DNA of 64,000 nt from an uncultured Clostridia bacterium (GTDB lineage Bacteria > Bacillota > Clostridia > Lachnospirales > CAMZNU01). Shown in pieces: positions 56,821 to 64,000 of this stretch. Location of the stretch: contig CAMZNU010000005.1 of assembly GCA_947313885.1 (NCBI GenBank), forward strand, positions 14,025 to 78,024, given 5' to 3'. Numbering within the stretch: the stretch's first letter is position 1; every line of letters begins with the position of its first letter. A model generated the notes under the pieces. The model saw nothing but the letters and a program-made list of their open reading frames with translations, was not told the DNA's origin and did no database searches. Position numbers and translations under genes: made by a program.

Positions 56821-56862
56821 TAAAGTAACTAATATAAAAACTAATTTGATAAGGATAAAAAT

Positions 56863-58221
56863 ATGATACATAAATATAAAATGAACAACTACAATATAGT
56901 ATTAGATGTAAATAGCGGAAGTATACATAGCGTAGACGATATAACATATGAAATATTAAATAGTTATAAAGATGTAGAAAATGAAACTATAATAACAACG
57001 TTATCAAAAAAGTATAAAAAGGAAGAAATAGAAGAAACTATAAAAGAAATAGAAGAGTTAGAAAGTCAAGGATTATTATATTCAAAAGATAAAGGTGAAG
57101 AAGCATTAGATAAAATAGATAGAAGAAATCCAGTTGTAAAAGCAATATGTTTACATGTAGCACATGATTGTAATCTAAAATGCATGTATTGTTTTGCAGA
57201 AGAAGGTGAGTATGGCGGTAAAAGGGAATTAATGACGTCAGAAACAGCACGTAAAGCATTAGATTTTTTAATTAAAAACTCAGGCAAGAGAGTAAATTTA
57301 GAAGTAGATTTTTTTGGTGGAGAGCCGTTAATGAACTTCGACGTAGTTAAAGACACAGTCGAATATGGAAAAGAGTTAATGAAAAAGCATAATAAAAACT
57401 TTAGATTTACATTTACGACAAATGGAGTACTTCTTAATGATGAAGTAATAAAATATGCAAACGAGAACATGTCAAATTTAGTACTAAGCATAGATGGGCG
57501 TAGAGAAGTAAATGATAAAGTTAGAAAAACTATTAATGGAAAAGGAAGTTATGATTTAATAGTACCAAAATTCAAAAAAATAGCAGAGCTTAGAAATCAA
57601 GAAAATTATCAAGTGAGGGGAACATTCACAAGAAAAAACTTAGATTTTTCTAAAGACGTACTACATTTAGCGGATTTAGGTTTTAAACAAGTGTCTGTAG
57701 AGCCAGTAGTGTCAGGAGAGGATACGGATTATTATTTAAGAATGGAAGATGTACCTAAAATAAATGAAGAATATGAAAAATTAGCAATAGAGATGATTAA
57801 GAGGAAAAAAGAGGGTAGAGAGTTTAATTTTTTCCACTTTTTAATAGATTTAACAGGTGGCGTATGTATGACAAAAAGAATAGTGGGTTGCGGTGCAGGT
57901 ACAGAATATTTATCTGTTTTACCAAATGGTGATTTAGCACCATGCCATCAATTTGCAGGGGAACATACGTTTAAAATGGGAAGTATATATAAAGGCATAA
58001 CAAAAAAAGAAATAAGAAAAGAGTTTGAGAGTTGCAATGTGTATTCAAAAATTGAGTGTAAAAAATGTTGGAACAAGTTTTATTGTAGTGGGGGGTGTTC
58101 AGCTAATGCGTATCAAAATAATGGAAATATAAAATCGATATACGAAGTTGGCTGTGAATTACAAAAGAAAAGATCAGAATGTGCAATTATGTTAAAAGTT
58201 GATGAAATGGTAAACATTTAA
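56863..58221 (+). CDS. scfB: SCIFF radical SAM maturase (SPASM domain)
   Basis: CNLKCMYC radical-SAM cluster motif, C-terminal Cys-rich SPASM region, adjacent to scfA. Confidence 0.9.
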   Translation: MIHKYKMNNYNIVLDVNSGSIHSVDDITYEILNSYKDVENETIITTLSKKYKKEEIEETIKEIEELESQGLLYSKDKGEEALDKIDRRNPVVKAICLHVAHDCNLKCMYCFAEEGEYGGKRELMTSETARKALDFLIKNSGKRVNLEVDFFGGEPLMNFDVVKDTVEYGKELMKKHNKNFRFTFTTNGVLLNDEVIKYANENMSNLVLSIDGRREVNDKVRKTINGKGSYDLIVPKFKKIAELRNQENYQVRGTFTRKNLDFSKDVLHLADLGFKQVSVEPVVSGEDTDYYLRMEDVPKINEEYEKLAIEMIKRKKEGREFNFFHFLIDLTGGVCMTKRIVGCGAGTEYLSVLPNGDLAPCHQFAGEHTFKMGSIYKGITKKEIRKEFESCNVYSKIECKKCWNKFYCSGGCSANAYQNNGNIKSIYEVGCELQKKRSECAIMLKVDEMVNI

Positions 58222-58244
58222 AAAACACAAAAGAGGTGTATAGG

Positions 58245-60215
58245 ATGAAAAAAGCAAAAGTATTAATATTTATATCGCTAGTAATGAGCGTTGTGTATTT
58301 AAAAAACATAAATCTTTTAGCGAAAGAAGATATGCCGATGGTAGTAAATGTACAATCGAACAAAGAAGAATTATATATAGGAGAGGGAATAATAATAGAA
58401 GTTGAAACAGATGTAGAAGTAAAAAGAAAGTCTCGCATAACAATAGAGATTGAAAATCTAAGTAGTAAGCAAGTGAAAGAAGTTAAATTAGAGAGTCTAG
58501 GTGTTAGACATTATGCGCATATTGATACGGTAGATATGGGATACGGTAGATATGCTATATATAGTGTAATGTTAGATGGCGATAGAATGATTTTTAAAAA
58601 TGATAATACTGTAAATGTTGAGATTTTCACAATAATAAATGATGAAATCGAGAGTTACAAAATTATAAATCCGATTATAGATATTGAAAAAAACAGAGGT
58701 GTCATCCAAAAATTTACGATGGGTCTAGAAGTAGAGTATGTAAGTAAATCGTTAAGGGAGAAAAATGGATTTAAGGGAGATAGTTTAGAGGTAATGCTAA
58801 AATCAAAAGACGGTAAAAAAATAAAAATAAATTTATATTATGATGAAGAAGAGAAATTATTTTCCATAAGAGAGGAACAAGGATTAGGAGATAATGTGGG
58901 TATATTCATTTTAGAAAATGTAGATTTAAAAACGTATATAGATAATGGCGATGAAATCTATGAAAAAAAAGTTAGAACTCTAGAATTAGAGGGATATGAT
59001 GAACTAGCAATAGAGGTTGTAAATAGGATAGAACAATTAAGATCAAATAGAATAAAAGTTAATGGAATACAACTATCATCAGAAAATACAGAAAAAGTGA
59101 TAGAAGAAAAGAAGTTAATAATAAAAGAAGCAATGACAAAAGAAATGGTAGTAGAAATACCAATACAATACGTCGAATATTATAAAAGTATTGATAAAAA
59201 TAGTTATTTAACGATAGAGAACGATAAAATATCGATACACTTACCAACGAATATAGGAAATGAAAAACTTGTATCAAGACTTTTAGAAAATAAAAAAATA
59301 GGTAATGTAACGATAGTAATAAAAGTATTACATTTAAGCACACCTGTAGAAAAAATAAATAAATTTAAAGGGTTTGAAAGTATAGACATTGAGAATATAA
59401 ATCAAAGTTTTGATATAGGGATAGAGCTAATAGGGTACGATATAAATTCTAATGAGAAGATATTAGATAGTAGTATAATAATAAGCTTAGATGACGAGAT
59501 GAAAATAGATATAAAAAATATAAAAGAAAAAACAAATATGTTTTTACTAAAAAAAGAATTTGAGTATGTACCACATATACAAGAAGGTAATATAGTTACT
59601 ATTAAAACTAAGGATGTAGGAACATTAATAGAAAGTAATAAAATGGAGAAGTATGATGACGTTAAAGAAGAAGATTGGTTTTATGAGGATGTAACAACGG
59701 TAGGTAGTAAAAAAATATTAAAAGAAATAGAATATAAAAAATTTTTTCCAAAGTCTAGAATGACAAGAGTAGAAGTTTTAAGAGTAGTATCTGGTATATT
59801 AAATATTCCGACAGTAAGCGTGGCAAGTGACGAAGAAGAGTATGACGATGTATCAAAAGATAAATGGTATTATAAAGATGTGATGGGTGCTAAGTATTAT
59901 GGAATATTAGGAGATTTAGAAGATAATAAATTTCAACCAGGAAAGTTAGTAACTAGGGAAGAGATGGCATATTTTATAGGACAAATATTGAAAAAAAATA
60001 ACATTCCAACGACGCGAGAATTTATATATTATGATAAAAAATTTGATGATTATGATGAAATAAATAGTAAATTTTATAATGAGATTGATTTAACGTATAG
60101 AACGGGAGTAATGCGGGGTATGGGAACAAGTTATAAACCAAAAGAATTAATGAGTAGAGCAGAAATATCTACAGTGATAGTTAGATTACTAAAAGTAATA
60201 GGATATTTAAATTAG
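58245..60215 (+). CDS. cell-surface protein with three C-terminal SLH domains
   Basis: signal peptide MKKAKVLIFISLVMSVVYL; three repeats with DV...W(F/Y)Y.DV...F.P....TR.E SLH pattern at the C-terminus. Confidence 0.8.
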   Translation: MKKAKVLIFISLVMSVVYLKNINLLAKEDMPMVVNVQSNKEELYIGEGIIIEVETDVEVKRKSRITIEIENLSSKQVKEVKLESLGVRHYAHIDTVDMGYGRYAIYSVMLDGDRMIFKNDNTVNVEIFTIINDEIESYKIINPIIDIEKNRGVIQKFTMGLEVEYVSKSLREKNGFKGDSLEVMLKSKDGKKIKINLYYDEEEKLFSIREEQGLGDNVGIFILENVDLKTYIDNGDEIYEKKVRTLELEGYDELAIEVVNRIEQLRSNRIKVNGIQLSSENTEKVIEEKKLIIKEAMTKEMVVEIPIQYVEYYKSIDKNSYLTIENDKISIHLPTNIGNEKLVSRLLENKKIGNVTIVIKVLHLSTPVEKINKFKGFESIDIENINQSFDIGIELIGYDINSNEKILDSSIIISLDDEMKIDIKNIKEKTNMFLLKKEFEYVPHIQEGNIVTIKTKDVGTLIESNKMEKYDDVKEEDWFYEDVTTVGSKKILKEIEYKKFFPKSRMTRVEVLRVVSGILNIPTVSVASDEEEYDDVSKDKWYYKDVMGAKYYGILGDLEDNKFQPGKLVTREEMAYFIGQILKKNNIPTTREFIYYDKKFDDYDEINSKFYNEIDLTYRTGVMRGMGTSYKPKELMSRAEISTVIVRLLKVIGYLN

Positions 60216-60224
60216 AGGTGTGAA

Positions 60225-61973
60225 GTGGCAAAATGGGAAATAAAAAATAAAAAAGGCGATTACAAAAAAATGGCACAAGTTTTAAGTATTGATGAGAATG
60301 TGTCAAAAATTTTAATAAATAGAGATATTAACACGAGAAGAAAAGTTAGAAACTATTTAAACAGTGAACTTGAAAATTTAAATGATTTTAGTAAAATGAA
60401 AGATGTAGATAAGGCAGTAAAAATATTAAATAACAATATAGATAAAGAAAAGAAAATAACTATTTACGGAGATTATGATGTTGATGGTGTATGTAGCACG
60501 ACAATATTATATAAAGGATTAAAATTATTAACTCAAAATATTAATTACTATATACCAGACCGTGAAACGGAAGGATATGGACTTAATAAAAAAGCAATTA
60601 AAAAAATTAAGGAAGAAGGTAGTAACTTAATAATAACTTGCGACAATGGAATTGTATCTTTTGAGGAAGTGGAGTTAGCGAAAGAATTAGGAATGGATGT
60701 AATAATAATTGATCATCACGATACAGGTGAAAAAATTCCTAAAGCGGACAGTGTTATTAATGCAAAGCAAGAACAATGTGAATTTAAATTTAAAGAGATG
60801 TGTGCAGGGGGAGTAAGTTATAGATTTATAAAATATTATTTTGCTAAAAGAAATGTAGAGTTGATAAATCATGATGAGTTATTGGTGTTTTCAATGATCG
60901 CAACGTTTTGTGATGTTGTAGATTTAAAAGAAGATAATAGAATAATAGCAGCTAAAGGGTTAGAGATTTTAAATAGGAATAGAAATATTAATTTAGGGCT
61001 AAGTAAATTAATGTTAAAAAAAAAGATTTATGATAAAAAGATAGAAGAGGATAGAATAGGGTTTATAATAGGTCCAACAATAAATGCAGTAGGAAGATTA
61101 GAGATTGCGTCTATAGCAGTTGATTTATTTGTAAGTGAATCACCTAGTGAATGTGATGAAATGTCAAAACTATTAGTTGATTTAAATGAAGAAAGAAAAA
61201 AATTGACAAAAGTGGCATATGAATCAATATTAGAAAAAGTGAAGGCAAATAAATTATATGAGAAAGACATAATAGTAGTATATGGAGATGTACATGAGAG
61301 TATAGCCGGGATAGTAGCGGGTAGAATTAAAGATTATTTTTATAGACCGACCCTTGTGTTGACGAAGGGATCTGATGGACTAAAAGGGTCAGCAAGAAGT
61401 ATACCACCATGTAATATTTTTAAAGTCATGAATAGTAATAAAGAATTATTTAGTAAATTTGGTGGGCATAGTATGGCGGCGGGATTTTCTATAAGTGAAG
61501 AAAATTATAAAGTTTTATCGAGTAGGTTAAATGAAACATCGGAGTTAAAGGAAGAAGATTTTATAGAAACAATATTTTTTGAAAATGAGATAAAAATAGA
61601 AAATATAACATTCGAGTTAGCGGAAAAATTACATAGATTATATCCATATGGAAAAGGAAATAGAGAGCCATTATTTATTAGTAAACAGATGATGGTAAAT
61701 GAAATTAAAATAATTGAAGATAAAAACACGATAATATTTACGTTTAATATTGGAAATACTTTTAGAAAAATAAAAGGTATTACATTTGGAAAAGTAGAAT
61801 TATTTTATAACTTATTAGATAGAAAGTATGATGAAATCGAAGTTAGTAAAATAAAAAAAGGTATTTTAAGAAATATCGACTTAAAAATCAATACAGTTTA
61901 TAGCATAGCGATAAATGAATATAATGGGAATAAATCAGTACAAATATTAATAAAAGATATAAAAATAGACTAA
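60225..61973 (+). CDS. recJ: single-stranded-DNA-specific exonuclease RecJ
   Basis: GTG start; DHH motifs (GDYDVDG, DNG, IIIDHH) and DHHA1 (GGHSMAAG). Confidence 0.92.
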   Translation: MAKWEIKNKKGDYKKMAQVLSIDENVSKILINRDINTRRKVRNYLNSELENLNDFSKMKDVDKAVKILNNNIDKEKKITIYGDYDVDGVCSTTILYKGLKLLTQNINYYIPDRETEGYGLNKKAIKKIKEEGSNLIITCDNGIVSFEEVELAKELGMDVIIIDHHDTGEKIPKADSVINAKQEQCEFKFKEMCAGGVSYRFIKYYFAKRNVELINHDELLVFSMIATFCDVVDLKEDNRIIAAKGLEILNRNRNINLGLSKLMLKKKIYDKKIEEDRIGFIIGPTINAVGRLEIASIAVDLFVSESPSECDEMSKLLVDLNEERKKLTKVAYESILEKVKANKLYEKDIIVVYGDVHESIAGIVAGRIKDYFYRPTLVLTKGSDGLKGSARSIPPCNIFKVMNSNKELFSKFGGHSMAAGFSISEENYKVLSSRLNETSELKEEDFIETIFFENEIKIENITFELAEKLHRLYPYGKGNREPLFISKQMMVNEIKIIEDKNTIIFTFNIGNTFRKIKGITFGKVELFYNLLDRKYDEIEVSKIKKGILRNIDLKINTVYSIAINEYNGNKSVQILIKDIKID

Positions 61974-61984
61974 GAGGGGTTAAT

Positions 61985-62509
61985 ATGAAAAGAGTAGAAA
62001 ATCTTAAAAACTTAATGAGGGATATTGAAAATTTTCCAAAAGAGGGAATAATTTTTAAAGATATAACGCCAATTTTGGAAAGTAAGCAAGGGTTAAGAGA
62101 TGCTGTAGATAAATTAGCGGATACATTAGAAGGAGTAGACTATGATATTTTAGTTGGGCCAGAAGCTAGAGGATTTATATTTGGGATGCCAGTTGCTTAT
62201 AAACTGAACAAGGGATTTGGATTAATAAGGAAGCCTGGCAAGTTACCATATAAAACATATTCAAAATCATATGACTTAGAATATGGAACTAATACATTAG
62301 AGATGCACATAGATACAATAAAGAAAGGACAAAAAGTAGTTGTAATAGATGATTTATTAGCTACAGGTGGAACATGTGAAGCTATTGTGGATTTAGTAAA
62401 TGAAGCAGGCGGTGAAGTTGTAAAATTTGTATACTTAGTGGAATTAGAGTTTTTAGAAGGAAGAAAAAAACTAAAAGGAATAGAAGTAGAATCAATTTTG
62501 AAATATTAA
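61985..62509 (+). CDS. apt: adenine phosphoribosyltransferase
   Basis: FKDITP...VVVIDDLLATGGT PRPP-binding motif; 174 aa. Confidence 0.95.
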   Translation: MKRVENLKNLMRDIENFPKEGIIFKDITPILESKQGLRDAVDKLADTLEGVDYDILVGPEARGFIFGMPVAYKLNKGFGLIRKPGKLPYKTYSKSYDLEYGTNTLEMHIDTIKKGQKVVVIDDLLATGGTCEAIVDLVNEAGGEVVKFVYLVELEFLEGRKKLKGIEVESILKY

Positions 62510-62525
62510 CGAGGAGATATAAAAA

Positions 62526-63662
62526 ATGAACAAAGAAGCTACGAATGGTGATCTTGGAATAGTAATATTAGATGGTATGAAAAATTTCGGTGAAAACATT
62601 AATAATGAGATATTAAAATTTAGAAAAGATGCGGGAATAAAAAAGCAACCAAATAGTTATATTGTTAATGTAGAACTATCAAGATTTGCAAATGGTGAAG
62701 GTAAAGCGAAATTGAAAGACACTGTACGTGGTAAAGATATATATATCATAGCGGACATAGGAAATTATACATGTACATACAATATGTACGGGATTGAAAA
62801 TAGAAAAGGTCCAGATGAACATTTTCAAGATATAAAAAGAGTTTTATCGGCAATAGGAGGGAAGGCAAGACGTGTTACGGTGATTATGCCATTGATGTAT
62901 GCATCTAGACAGCATAGAAGAAAAGGGCGTGAGTCATTAGATTGTGCTATGGCACTGCAAGAGTTAGAAAAAATGGGAGTAACAACAATATTAACATTTG
63001 ATGTACATGATCCTAACATTCAAAACGCAATACCATTAGTATCGTTTGAAAATTTATATCCTACATATTCAATAATAAAAAGAATTTTATTAGCGGAGAA
63101 AGAAGGAGATATAAGAGAAAAAATAAAAAATACAATAATAGTGAGTCCAGATACAGGAGCTATGGACAGAGCTATATATTATGCTGGTGTATTAGGAGCA
63201 GATGTTGGATTATTTTATAAGAGGAGAGATTTTTCTAAACTAGTAGATGGTAAAAATCCGATAGTAGCCCATGAATATTTAGGAACAGATATAAAAGACA
63301 AGGAAGTTTTAATAGTAGATGATATGATAGCATCGGGAGAATCGGTACTAGATATAGCTAAAACATTAAAAGAAAAAGGCGCAAAAAGTATTAATGTGGC
63401 AACAACATTTGCATTATTTACGGAAGGTACGGAAAAAATAGATGAGTATTATAAGAAAGGATATTTGGACAAAATATTTTCTACAAATTTGACATATGTG
63501 CCACAAAATGCGTTAGAAGCACCATGGTTTTATAAAGTTCCATTAGAGAAATTCACAGCAAAAGTAATAGATTATTTAAACTGTGATAAATCACTATCAG
63601 TAGTTATGGATGCCACTTTAGGTATAAATGAATTATTAAAAAAAGAAAAAAGTATAGAGTAG
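62526..63662 (+). CDS. prs: ribose-phosphate pyrophosphokinase-family protein (long form, 378 aa)
   Basis: FANGE, RQHRR, VLIVDDMIASGES motifs. Confidence 0.8.
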   Translation: MNKEATNGDLGIVILDGMKNFGENINNEILKFRKDAGIKKQPNSYIVNVELSRFANGEGKAKLKDTVRGKDIYIIADIGNYTCTYNMYGIENRKGPDEHFQDIKRVLSAIGGKARRVTVIMPLMYASRQHRRKGRESLDCAMALQELEKMGVTTILTFDVHDPNIQNAIPLVSFENLYPTYSIIKRILLAEKEGDIREKIKNTIIVSPDTGAMDRAIYYAGVLGADVGLFYKRRDFSKLVDGKNPIVAHEYLGTDIKDKEVLIVDDMIASGESVLDIAKTLKEKGAKSINVATTFALFTEGTEKIDEYYKKGYLDKIFSTNLTYVPQNALEAPWFYKVPLEKFTAKVIDYLNCDKSLSVVMDATLGINELLKKEKSIE

Positions 63663-63683
63663 ATTAAAAGTAGGAGGTATATT

Positions 63684-64000
63684 ATGGAGAGCTTAAGTAA
63701 AAAACAGCAATTAGTATATAACTATATATATGCAACAATTAAGAAAACAAAAATACCTCCTACAGTAAGGGAAATATGTGAAGGGGTGGATTTAAAGTCA
63801 CCAGCTACGATACAGACCCATTTAGAACATTTGGAGAAAAAAGGATATATAAAAAGAAGTAGAAATAAAAGTAGGTCAATAGAATTAACAGAAGAAAGCT
63901 ATAATGAAGAAATAATGCATATACCGATTATAGGAAAAATAACAGCAGGAGAGCCGATATTAGCAGTAGAAAACATAGAGGGAAGTTTTCCGATACATAT
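63684..64000 (+). CDS. lexA: LexA repressor (5' partial; runs off the window)
   Basis: N-terminal wHTH PPTVREICEGVDLKSPATIQTHLEHLEKKGYIKR followed by ...IPIIGKITAGEPILA. Confidence 0.93.
   Translation, partial: MESLSKKQQLVYNYIYATIKKTKIPPTVREICEGVDLKSPATIQTHLEHLEKKGYIKRSRNKSRSIELTEESYNEEIMHIPIIGKITAGEPILAVENIEGSFPIH

Noticed and set aside
63491-63501. GACATATGTGC inside the 3' end of prs as a possible LexA autoregulatory box upstream of lexA
   Set aside because: Three mismatches to GAAC-N4-GTTC, including core positions. It lies in coding sequence with no associated promoter.

Overview
This is a very AT-rich window with almost all genes on the + strand. It looks like core chromosome of a low-GC Firmicute, probably a flagellated, S-layer-bearing member of the Clostridia. 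That placement rests on Prp-processed L27, a SCIFF peptide locus, an SLH-domain protein and MreB-family/rod-protein synteny. About 60 protein genes are present and most are housekeeping: a Zn-type metal ABC transporter, tig-clpP-clpX, rplU-prp-rpmA, tex, rdgB, cstA, glgB, rnz, tsaD, a cold-shock protein, a D,D-carboxypeptidase, mreB-family plus flagellar rod genes plus metK, a ZapA-like coiled-coil protein, a U32 peptidase, RodA/FtsW plus PBP2, tsaE and a tsaB-rimI fusion, a Lon-like protease, gatCAB, trmK-nif3, mutS2, aspartate kinase, recJ-apt-prs and the 5' end of lexA. The only RNA gene I can support is RNase P RNA (47174-47529). I see no rRNA, tRNA, CRISPR array, transposase, integrase or recognisable defence island. 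I do not find a convincing multi-gene novel system. The items most worth a second look are five. (1) Two near-identical LexA-type boxes, one inside a consensus promoter, sit in front of a Mor-like regulator plus cell-wall amidase pair. (2) A ~270-nt terminator/antiterminator leader of a class I cannot assign sits upstream of aspartate kinase. (3) An unannotated 50-codon ORF is 30% methionine. (4) A SCIFF ranthipeptide precursor and its maturase are present (a known family of unknown function). (5) Several architectural oddities: a ClpX acidic insertion, the TsaB-RimI fusion, a degenerate-Walker Lon-like protease, an in-frame stop at codon 6 of a secreted-protein gene, and an A12 tract inside a repeat-rich ZapA-like gene. 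All functional calls come from reading motifs by eye; no database search was run.
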